The notes beneath the pieces were generated by a model. The model was not told the origin of the DNA. It did no database searches and was given only the letters and a program-made list of their open reading frames with translations. A DNA stretch of 64,000 bases from Diplonema japonicum (lineage: Eukaryota; Protista; Euglenozoa: Diplonemea), in assembly GCA_964019335.1 (NCBI GenBank), contig OZ025676.1, positions 558,001 to 622,000 of the forward strand, written 5' to 3'. The position numbers and the translations under genes are program-made. This document shows positions 31,059-42,210 of this stretch, in pieces. Position 1 is the first letter of the stretch, and every line of letters begins with the position of its first letter.

Positions 31059-34000
31059 CTAAAGAACGATATTGCGCTGCCTCGGTGTGCGTGACAGATC
31101 CTCAAGGGGCGCATGTGCTGGTGAGCGGTGCTTTGTGGGGTGGTATGTAGGGGGGCGCTGCTTCTGAGGAATGGCATCCCAGTCTGGAGTGTAGTCGGAG
31201 TACTCCGAGGTACCCTCCTCAGAGAACATAGGGAGCATGAACGCACGCCTCCCATCCACGATGGTCCACCAGTTGACACCCTTCTCTTGTTGTGAAAGCT
31301 CCGACTCCAAAGAGAGAATCATACGTGAGAACTCCATGTTCCAGATGACATCAGCCTCGCCTCTGATCTCCTCATAGGTCGTTGACATCATGGCAACAAG
31401 CAGGTTCATCAGGATGCTCGTCACAAGGATAGAATACAGCGACATCAGGAAGTACGCAACGTTAGGGTAGGCTGACTGGTCCCGCCCGATGTCAGGTTGG
31501 ACCTCCCCCAGCACAACTTCAAAACTTGTCTTCAAATGCGAAAAGAAGACCATGCTGTTCTCAGGGTCTGTGTCCAGTATCAAGTGGAAGGCCTGGGTGA
31601 AGCCCAACTGGAAGGTCAGGAAGATAACCAAGAACTGCAGCATGTCGTTGGACAGCATCTTCCAAATCATGATGATGAAGGGTCCTGTCTGCTTGAACCC
31701 CAGCATCAGCCACAACACATAACTCCACAGCAGCAAAGCAGAAGCAGCACCCAATAAGTCCTCCAGGGGGCTGCCGTTGTACCTAAACACGTAAGACAGT
31801 AACGTCGTGAGGCAGAAGAAACTCGACAGGATGTTCTCCAGCAGCATTGCACCCTTTACACCGAAGTACCCATTCAGACCTTGCTCAGACAGCTCCGATA
31901 ACTCCCTCTTGCCCTTGTGCAAGGCGCCGAAGAAGACACCCATGTCCGCTATCTTTTCAAAAACTGAGGCCTTCGACATGTAGTACGCTATGCCCTCGCA
32001 CATTATGTACTCTTTCCAACTCTCCAGTGCGTTATAGGGCTGCTTTAGGATGTTGTTGTCGAACATAGCTGTGTACTGCCCTGCGCACTGCTGCTCTCCC
32101 GACGAAGTGCCCTTTTCTCTGAAACCCGCAACTGTGAACATTAACACGTAGCACAGGAGCGTGGCAATACGCTTCAAAAAGATTCTCTTCACATAAGCAT
32201 TCCATTTCTGAGTCAGAAAGTTCCTGATGAGAGGCAACGCCAGAAGCTGCATGTGCTGGTTCTCGACAAGGAGCTCCAGGATGGAAGGCCTGCCCTCGTT
32301 GGTAGAGATGGTCTCGATTTCATCGATGAACACCGCACGGTAACTAGCAGGGCCGAAGGTCCACCTCGTCAGTGTATTTATCTCAAGCAGGTGTGTGAAT
32401 ATTTCAATATGTCCCCTCTCGGCAGCCAGGGTGAAGGGTGTCAACTTCGATTTGTTGACACACGTCGTGAGGCCGCACTCGTAGAACGCAGGTTTGTGCT
32501 GAATGCATAATGCCTCCACAAATTTATACATCTCAGGTAGATTATGCCATACACACATGTGCAGCACTGTGTTGCCGTCGAGGTTTCTCTCATCCAGCAT
32601 CTCTTGCTTGCTCTTTCCTAACCTCGTTTCCGCAAATTCAAGCAGGTACAGCACCATGTCGGGCTGGTTGCTGGTGATGGCAAACATCTACGAAATAGTG
32701 AGCGTATGATAACTCTTCGTGCATACCAAGGGGGACTCGCCATAGTAAACGCCATTATCGCCACCTCTAAAAAAAAGGCCCGTTGCCCTTGCAAGTACTG
32801 ATTTAGGGTAGGCTTCACACAGCAAACGTGCCATTCTCATGTCACGCGCAAGTACTGCAAAATGGAGTGCCAGCTCCCCGTCGAAGGCTTCCGTGGTGTA
32901 TGTGTCGGCAGCCAGCTTCGGGTCATGCTGAAGGAGCCAAACTGCCATCTCTTGCTTTTTTGGGCCATTCATCAACAAGCACACCAACAGAGGCGTAGCA
33001 CCAAAATGGTCCCTCACCTTGGTCTTTACAGGGTTGCGTCTGATCACATCCTTCATGCCCTGCACGTCATCTTGCACGATACGCTGTGCGTGGTGTGTCA
33101 TAATCCCGGCATACCTTGAACACAGGTTCTGTTTCCCACGCTGTCTGCTGTGAGTCGAGCTGGTCGTCTAAATCCCTCTCCTGCAGCAGGCCCACAACCT
33201 TCAGGATGCTATTCGAAAACTTCTCGACGATCGCCTTCAGTTTCGGTTTGGGTTTTCCCTCAGCAACTATCTCCCTTACCTTGGCAAGGCGTTGTCTGTC
33301 TAGTTCCCGCTGCTTGTGGATTTCCTCAAACATTTCACTGTATTTCGTCTTAATTGCTCCAGTGAGAGTCTGCAGCTGCACGATGTCATCTGACTTGACA
33401 CCTGTCGTGAGCAGCAGCTCATCGAGCCCTCCTAATACGGACTCCAGGGTGATCATTTTATTCCTAGCCTTCTCTTGCTCGTGTTTGTCGATCGCCATGT
33501 CAACCACGTTGTCCCAGCCGCAAGACTTCAGTGATTTGAAGGACATCCTTGCCTTGTGGCCGCGGAACATCCTTTGGATGTTCGTGACTGCCTTTTCAAG
33601 TTCGTGAATCTCGTGTGGTTCCATTCCAGAAAACTTTTGCAGTGTAGCAGAGTCATAGTTGGGAATAGCCTCCTCTGTTATGCGTGGAGTATCATTGGAC
33701 ACCACGTCAGGGTCGTAAGTGACGTGCACAGTCTCGCTGGGAGAGCAAAGGCGGATACTCGACCGTGAGGGTACCGGCGACGGGGACGGGGACGGAGTAG
33801 TCAACTTTGGGCGAGGGGACAGCCTCCCTAAGACGCGAGTGGGGGATGCAGAGGTAAGAGGCAGAATCCTTGCCTCGATGCGTCGCAAGACATAACACGA
33901 CGCACTTAGGATCTCCTCCGAGGTGCCTTTGTCGGCAACGCTGACAGTGTCTTTCCGCCTCTCGCTCCAGTAAGTAGTCAGAGGAAGGGATCCAGTCACA

Positions 34001-34308
34001 ACTTCCTTCACTTTGTAGGCCCATCCCTCGGTTCTTACCTGATTGTATCCTTTCACTTCTTGTCTCCCACCAGCAACTAATGCATGATCTTGAAACACAG
34101 GACTCCATAGTTGGATGAGAGGAACCAGCCCTTCCTGTGCTTCTTTGAAGACATGCCCAACAGACCTAATAAACTTGTATTGCTGCTGCGCTGCTTCGTC
34201 CTTGCCGCTCTGCGTCGCTACCAGCATGTGATCGTTGGAGGCTGCATTCCAGTAAAGGTCAAGCTGCACCGTCTCTGAGGGCTCCTGAGGGCTGACACCT
34301 CGCTCCAT
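31059..34308 (-). CDS. TRPV-like ankyrin-repeat cation channel with N-terminal beta-repeats and IQ motif; introns 33084-33114 and 32688-32726
   Basis: GELALHFAV, YYGESPL/MFA, GNTVLHM, LTPFTLAA, WTFGP, TGPFIIMI.KM, LMNLLVAMMSTTY, TRP box WNMEFSRMIL; IQRMFRGHKAR. Confidence 0.9.
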
Positions 34309-34841
34309 GGAAGGGGACCTCCCGTGTGTACTATGAGGGTAGTTGCAAGTGGTACTTGGGTTGTATAGGAGAGCAGAAAGCCAAGGAGATAAAGTGGAAG
34401 AAAGGAAGCCAAACCGGCAAGATACTGCAGGTAACCAAGAAGCAAATGTCACAACACAGGAACACATGCATGTCCCGTTTGTTTTGTTTACTGTGGAAAA
34501 CACTATAATGGCATTCTGCAGATGTACTTCCGCTAAAGCAATCTAAAGGGAAGAAATATAGTCCGAACCGCTGCTTTTTTAAACTCATTACTACACCCCT
34601 CCCCCCTCCCCTTTTTTCTTCTTTTCTTTCTAACCCTTCAACCCGTCACCACCATCCCTGCGGGGCTAAGCTTCGAACAAAGCAAGGGACGGCAAGCCCA
34701 CGACCGACGGGTTTCGAGGAGCACAGCACTTTAAGGAGGAGGAGAGAAAACCAACTTTACTTTTTTCTTTTTTTCTTTTTAAAAAGGGGGGCTTTCAGAA
34801 AATGGGGAACACTTGGGGGTGTGAGAAACTCCTCGTGCTAG

Positions 34842-35123
34842 CTAATATTCGGTCTGTGCGTGTTAATTTTTTTTTTCTTGCGATAAAACAATACCAATGA
34901 AGCATCCCTGTCTTTCATCTGGCTCTGACCCTGGAAGTTCATACCCTGCAATAGTTGACTGCGACTGCTTTGCATACCGTGATGGGGTTCATCAACATGG
35001 GCGTGGTGGTGGATTGTGGCAAGAATTGCGTCACACGCTGCTGGTACAGCTGCTGGTTGTAAGCGGCAGCGGCTTGAGCAGAGGCCTGCGAAGGCTGTGT
35101 GGGTTTCATGGCCTGGTGTGGTT

Positions 35124-35158
<35 letters not shown>

Positions 35159-36501
35159 ATTTTCATGAGGTCCTGCGAAGGTGTCATCTGCTGCATTTGT
35201 GGGGTCTGCGAGGGCCAACCAGTCTTTGCAGGTTGTGCCCACTGCTGCTTGGCCTGCTGTTGCTGGTGTTGAAGGCCAGGTGTCGGCATCTGTCGCTGTC
35301 CCAGACCAGATTGCATGCCCACGCCGGACATGCTAGGCATGTTGGACATGCTTGACATTCCTGCCATACCCGGGGCACGCATCGCTTGGTTGGAGAACAT
35401 GCCTGTGCCCAGCTGTGCAGGTGGCATGCCACCAGCCGAGAACATCGTCTGCTGCGGCGGATGTTGGGGAGGGTGCTGGGGGTGCTGTGGGTGTGTGGAC
35501 TGGAAACTGCTGCTGATAGGTGCCCTGGTGCCTGTCTGGAGCAGTGGCTGTGCATTCATGTGGTGTACAGAGCTATGCATCGGTTTTGCAGCTGCGGCTG
35601 CAGCGGCAGCTTTCTCAGCTGCAGCCGCGGCTGCCTGCTTTTCAGCTGCCGCTTGCTGCTCTTTGGCCATGTCACCAGCTTTTTTCACCATCAAGGAAAG
35701 CTTGGTCTGCAGTGTTTCCATGTGCCCACCATACGAGTCGGGCAGCGCCATGTGCCAGTCGGCCTCCTTGCACTTGAATTGCAAGTGGTTTGTTTCGTCG
35801 AAGAATTTCACTTGGGTCACGGTCCTCTTCTTGGCGGACTTGATCCCACTGTCGACGTGCAACACGATCTCACCATCTTCAAGGGTCACCGTGCACTGCT
35901 GGCCTGCTTCATCTTCTATTTTAATCTCTGTCTCAGTGAAGGTAGGTGGGGGTGCCACCCTCTGAGGCTTTTCGTTGATGTCGAAGCCAGTAATGTCTTC
36001 GTTGTTGCCACGGTAGCCTTTTCCTCCCTTACCGCCATAACCCTTTTTGCCATGCCCCTTCTTGCCACCATGACCTTTGTATCCCTTTCCTTCGTTGGAA
36101 AACTTTGTGTCAAAAAAGCCACTACTCGGCTCGATCTCGTGGGTAATGGTGGCTTCTTTCTCCCTAACTCTGTCCCTGCTTCTTCGATCTCTCTCGCCGT
36201 AGTCATAGTCGTATCTGTTTTCCCTCAGGTCCTTGGCGTCCTTACCCCAGCTTTCCCATGTGGCTCCTCCTTTCCAGCCCTTGCCTCCTCCCTTGCCACC
36301 ATGACCTTTGTGCCCCTTTCCGTGCTGCATGGACCCCTTCCCCTTCCCCTTCCCTTTCCCCCAATCATCACCACCCTTGTGCCCGCCCTGCACAACGTGG
36401 TGGACCTTAGTTTTCTCTTCCTTCACCTGAACTTTGTCTTTGCTTGGCTCTGCCTTGACCTTCACCTTAATAGACTTCTCACCATCACTACCACTGCCCA
36501 T
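34842..36501 (-). CDS. Low-complexity Gly/Lys-rich and Gln-rich protein; introns 34946-34977 and 34854-34894
   Basis: GKG repeats, small central globular region, prion-like Q/M/P tail; splicing gives ...GMNFQGQSQMKDRDASL/TEY*. Confidence 0.75.
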
Positions 36502-36751
36502 CGTTAATATAGCGGCCCCCCTGGGATGTGTTAAGGCTCGGTAAAGTGGCGAAGAATGAAATGGGGGAAATTAAGTTAAAATTGCTAAAAACAGGCAAGA
36601 GAAACATTACTTCAAGAATAATGTACATCATCTACTAGCAGCAGCTTTATGTTTCAGGCCATAACCAGCACTTGGGGGGGGGGGGGGGGGGGGTTCATAC
36701 GGAAGTATTGAGTTGAGGGTTCTTTTAGGGGAAAAAAATGAAAAGGGATAA

Positions 36752-38649
36752 CTATTTTGCACCCCAGTATGCCTTGTTGTTCTCGCAGAAGTCGATTGTG
36801 AAATGCATCTCAGGGAGGAACTCCGACATGCATTCAAACAGTGGGATCACAATATAATTCATGAAGGCGATCTGCCCTTTAGCGACACTGGGTGTGTACC
36901 TATCCATGAACGGTGATATGACCTGGCCCATTGCCTGCTCCCTGTCGCCTTGCAGGTAGAACTCGTCCGAGATGTGATCACACCATTTTAGGTACAAGTC
37001 CTCTGGCCGGCCGCAGTTGCTAATATCTGCCATTTTCATCGCCATTGACAGTGCCAGCCTCACATCTTCCTTCTTTGAGAAGGTCGAATCCTCGACTAAT
37101 TTTCTTTTAAACGTGCTGATGATCTTCGCATGCAGGCCCATGTCTGTAGCTAGCACCATTTCAATAATTGTGTCCTTTATGTTCCTCCTCTGCTCCTCAC
37201 AGAAGCACTCCAGCACGTTGTATTGGTCCAGCTTCATCAACTCAAACACACAAGAAAGGTGAACGCTCTCCAAGATAGATTTGTCGTTGAACAGCGTGGC
37301 TAGATATGTCTGTGCTTTGATATGGAAGTTGTTGTTGATCCCCGGGTGGTTGTAGTCGTGGATCGCAGCAGAGAACAGTGCTGCAAAGATCTCTTCATCG
37401 GACAGCTTTGCTATCGCTGAGAGGCCGCCACTTGTGATGATGAAATTGGTGACGTGCAGCACGTCAGCAGCGTGCATGCTGTTATGGTACGGGTTGGGGT
37501 GGTATCCTGCTTCCACGATGGATAGCCAGTTCAGGAAGATTTTCTCATTGATGTTGAATTTCTCCAGCAGCCTGTTCTTCACGAAGACGCAGTAGGTGAC
37601 AATAAAGAGAGAACCGCCGTTAGGTTGCGACACAAGACCTTCGTAGCCGTATGAGCCGGAGAGAGCAGCCTGCACATCGAACACATTGAAATCCCAGTCC
37701 CCGAGCTTTTGGATGAGGTTGTACACAATGCTGCATGTCTGGTCTGGGAAGTTTTTCTTTATTTCCCCAAACTCCGCAACGGAGTACAGGGGGATAACGT
37801 TTGAGAACTTCGGATTAGTGGGTGTGTCCCCTTCTTCGGACTGAGGTTGCCACAAGTCTGTCTTCAGGATCTTCAAAAGATTCGCGTTGTATTCCACACA
37901 CATCTTGCTCCCCAACGGGTTCCGCACCGCTGTGACCTCTTCCTCAGGATCGTCCTTCGCGTTCTCCACACCCTTGCTCTTCTTGTGCTTGTCCGCTCTC
38001 TTTATCTCACTCTCAATGTTCTTCAGGTCATCGAGTACCTTCTTGCTTTCGTTGTTGCTGAAGCATTCCTTTAGCTTGTTCACTTCAAACGCAGAGTCTT
38101 CCAACTTTTTAGACGCTTTTGCTTCTTTGTTGGAGACTTCCTTAATCAGCTTATCGGGGTCTTTTACCAGTTTAAACCTCGAGTAAGACACCTGTGTGCG
38201 TGTGTGACGCAGGGAGCATACAATATTGGAAAGGATCATCGTCTCTCCATTTGCATCTTTGCTCTTAGGGAGTGTGAACATTCCCACAGAAGGAACCTGT
38301 GACTTGGTTATCTGCAGGCAAACATACCTCGAAATAACAGCTGTCTGCCTCAGCAGATGAAGTACATCGGTTTTCCACAAAACCTGACTGCATCAATTCC
38401 AACAGCTTCGGCCACTCAAGGTTGCTGGTCACCTTATTGCACTCGCTCTGTCGTGTTGTTGTAAAGAAGGCCGTTGCATACCTCCGTGAACGTACGGCCA
38501 TAGGAAACCCCATCAGGATGGACTGACACAAAACACAGTGACATAGGCGTGGGCCCTGCCCGCAGTATTGTGAAGGTGTTGTTCGTCCCCCGTGTGAACA
38601 TCTTCGGAGCGTACTCCATGTCATTGAAGTGCTGGTTATCCTTGGCCAT
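36752..38649 (-). CDS. Class I cyclic-nucleotide phosphodiesterase (head + coiled coil + PDE); introns 38448-38481, 38297-38327, 38192-38221
   Basis: YHNSMHAADV, IHDYNHPGINN, LATDM, KMADISN, EFYLQGD, GQIAF all intact; start codon position inferred. Confidence 0.93.
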
Positions 38650-38853
38650 GCGACCTATAAGCCTCTGCCTTTGGTTGCCAAGCCTCTTCCCATAAACCTT
38701 GCGCTCCTCCTGTGTGTATGCTGAATACACGTTGAAAATATAACTTATACAGGCTGGTATTGACAAATAAAATGTTAGAGGGTTATCCTGTTGGGTGAAT
38801 CTAAGGAACAACAGCACTGAGTGCTATGATCTAGGGGTTTAACATAGTGTGGT

Positions 38854-39947
38854 TTAATGGTTCAGTGTAGCATTTTGGATTCTGGCAAGAAGAACTTCTC
38901 TTTTGCCTGTAGCGTTGATCCCCTTGCTTTTTGCTTTTAGCTGCAGGTCACGGTATGTGAGCCCGCTGAAAGCGTCGTCGGACTCGCTGTCAGAAAGGGA
39001 CTGGTTTTGATCGGATGGGCACTTTAGCTTTTTCTGAACTGCGCAAGCAAGAAGCTCCTTCTTGCCTCTACAAGGCACACCAACCTGCTTGGCAAGCAAC
39101 TGGAGTTCCCGGTACGACAAGTCAAACGGGTTGCAAGGGGGCTCTTCCTCTCCTTCGCTAGAGGAAGACTCACTTTCCTCACGAATGATGGTCAACACAG
39201 ACTGCCTATTCTTATGCACATCCACCGGACATCCGGCAGGGGGACTTACATCCCCCAGAGTAGTAATAATACTTTCGCATGGAGTACCTTGCACGAGAGA
39301 TCCTGTAAAGATGTTAGATGCAACAGGCATACCCTCCGTCATGAATGAAAGCCTAGCTCTGGGTGTCAGCATAGTGCTCGTGGGTGACGGTGTCTTCTCC
39401 CCAACTGCACCGTCGGTCAAAGGGTACCTGTCGCAGTTTGGAGGGGAAATGCTTCATACTTAAAACTAACACTCTTCCTGGCAGACCTGACAGGTGTTTC
39501 CTCCTGCTCTTCCATAGCCTCTTTCTGAATGGTGGGTGGCATTGCGTTATTAACACCGATCTCTTGCACCTGAGGCAAAACTTCGGGATACACTGCACGA
39601 GTCACCGCAATCTGCGATTCCAGTGTGCTGTGTGCATCAAGCGTGGTGGCAAAGCTCATATCTGTATCCATCTCGAGGTCGTCCTCCATTTCAACGTCTT
39701 CATCAAATGTCATCTGCACAGGTGGCGGCGTAACAGGGGGGAACGTGATGGGGAAGCACGTGCTTGTTTTGACTGAATTCCTGTTGGCTGAGACACTTCC
39801 CAGAGCTCTACGCGTGCCTGACGTAGGTGTGGAGGACATGCCCTTCAACGGTGTGGGGCAGCCGAACCCGTCGTGCGAGTTGTAAGGTGACCTAGATGTG
39901 TACTTCTTCCAAGCAGGCATTGTGCCTGAGGCATGCGCAGCGTCCAT
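38854..39947 (-). CDS. SAP/HeH-domain protein; intron 39428-39459
   Basis: Two L(S/T)YR(E/D)LQL.AK..G....GK.E.L motifs at the C-terminus; the intron joins the two listed ORFs. Confidence 0.75.
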
Positions 39948-40017
39948 GTGTAGTTCTGCAAAGATAGCTTCAGGATTGTGGGCTTAGATACTAAGCAAGT
40001 GACGATGCTGGAAAGCA

Positions 40018-40428
40018 TCATGTAAATGTATGACCCCCGGGACCAGTACCAAGGTCTCTAGTGCATTTTCCTGATCGATGGCAACGCTGCTTTGCCGCTT
40101 CTTGCTTGGCATGGGCAGAATCTAGATCCCTGTCTCTGTAAGGGACCTGCAGACTGGTGGTGCCCTCCGATTGTCCGCGCAGTTTGTGGCGCTCTCTCAG
40201 GAGTTCACGGTACCTGTCGCCCTTCCTCTTCGTGTAGTTGACCAAGCGTGCTTTAAAGTACTGTCCTGCATCACCCTTGTTGTTCAGCACGCTGCCCCCC
40301 TCCTCCCTGCGATAGTCGCTGTTCTTTGTTCGCTTCTGGGACCCGTAGTAATCCCCACTCACCACACCCACTGCCCCACCTAAAGCGGCGTACAGGAGGC
40401 AACCAACAAAGCACACCCACAGTGACAT
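40018..40428 (-). CDS. Small protein with N-terminal signal/TM segment
   Basis: Hydrophobic N-terminus, 136 aa, cluster strand. Confidence 0.55.
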   Translation of the reverse strand: MSLWVCFVGCLLYAALGGAVGVVSGDYYGSQKRTKNSDYRREEGGSVLNNKGDAGQYFKARLVNYTKRKGDRYRELLRERHKLRGQSEGTTSLQVPYRDRDLDSAHAKQEAAKQRCHRSGKCTRDLGTGPGGHTFT

Positions 40429-42210
40429 GTCTAGCTGTGATGCGAATAGAGTTCTTTTACACTGAGGCTCAGAAAAGAGAGAAGAAAAGAAAAGAAAAAA
40501 GGGGGAAGGAAGAAAAAAATGTGTCTTTTAACAAGAGGGAGGGTGAGGAGGGATTGAAAGAAATGGGGGCGGGTGGGGGAAAGAATAATACGAGAGTGTG
40601 GTGGTAAAAAAAACGGGAATGGGGGGGGGGGGGGGGGTTGTATGCGGGTTATGCTTTCTTTCTTTGTTTTTCAGTTTCTCTTTCGTTCTTTGCTTCTCGT
40701 TCTCTCTCCCCCTACTCTTTTTTTTCTTTTCTTGCTTTCCCCCCTTTGCCCTTGTGGTTTACAAGACAGGTCTGACAGCAATCACCCTCGCCTGCGCTGA
40801 CATCACAGGGGAAAGAATTCTTGAGAGCAAGGGGCATGCAGTCCTTTGTTCCCCACTTTTTTTATTGCTTTTTTTTCCCTTTCAGTTTTGTCCATTTCAC
40901 GTCTGTCGCAAAAGAAAGAAATATACAGTATGCGATCAATAAGCAAAGTAAAAAAAGGTGGGGAAAGAAATAAACTCATGTGACAAGAAAGAGAGAGCGT
41001 GAGAGGGGGAGGGAAGGGAGAATAAATCACTGTAGTGGGGCACCCCTAAAGAAAATAAAAAACCAAGCCTCTTGTGTTTCTGACACGGTGAGGTGGCCGT
41101 GTTGCCCCCTCGTGATATTTGGCCGTTTCCTTTCTTTCTTTTTTTTTGCAAACCTCTAATTTTTCTAATTCATTTTTTTTTTTTTTTTTTTTTTTTTTCA
41201 ATTTCTCTTTTCTCCCAAACCTCACAGAGTACCAAGTGAGGAATAATAAAGAATGCGCAGTGCCTCGAGGGCTTGGCAAGACAGGCGGTGGGGAAGGAAG
41301 GGAAGGGGTGTGAAATGAATAAAATATGGGCAAAGTCTTTTACTTTCTCGAACCCAGTAAAAAACGCCCAGATTTACAAGGGGAAAAGAAAAAAATGGAG
41401 GGGAGTGGATGTGTAGTAACATAACGCACATTCTTTCTTCTTCTTTTTTATTTCTTTCTTTTCTTTTTTGTTTTTCTTTGAAAAATGAAATAGCCTGTCT
41501 CCAGGAAGAACATAAAAATGGGACGAGGGGGAGGGAAGGACTGGTGCACTCCTGGCCGCCTTTCTCTCTTTTCTTTTTCAGAACTCGTCTTTTCAGTGGA
41601 ACTAGCGCCTCTTTCGGGCTCCTAAGACAGAGGAAAAAGAAGAAAAAAAACTAGATTGTTCGGGGTGGGTTTTTGTCTTCTTTTTAAAATTGTTTCTTTC
41701 ATTGACTTCCTCCTTTTTTCTTTTCTATTCTTTTCTTTTGTGGGAATACAGAACTGTCGAGGGGAGAGCTGCACGGAAAATGGGACATTGGTGAACAAAA
41801 AGGGATGAGAATGAGGGGTAAAGAAAAGGGTGCAAAAAAAAATCATTTACAGTCATAATGGAGGGTGTTGTCAAGTGCAGATTTTTAGAAAAGAACAGTA
41901 AGGTTAAAGAGGGAGGGAAAAAGATGGGAAGCAAAAAAGGGGGAGGTATCTTTTCCCTTTTCCTTTCATTTCCTTTTCTTTGCCCCCTTCTTCGCCCAGA
42001 GACGGGAGGAAGGGCGGGTAGGATGGGCAGGGGAAAAAAAAGAATAGAAGACAAAAAAAAAGGGTGATGTGGCTGACAACAATAATAAGAAAAAATTGTA
42101 TGTATTTTTTTTTTTTTTTTTAAATTCTGTTTTTCTCCCCGCAATTGTTGTGGTCTTTTTTCTTTTTTTGTCCTTCCCTTCCTATGCCCCTCCACAATCT
42201 TACTGTGCAC

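Noticed and set aside
34551-34569. AAATATAGTCC, group I intron S-like motif
   Set aside because: No R element (GACUA) or P3/P7 core nearby.
34630-34637. CTAACCCT telomerase-template-like 8-mer next to a pseudoknot
   Set aside because: An 8-mer is expected about twice by chance in this window, and G-U pairs favour the opposite strand for the structure.
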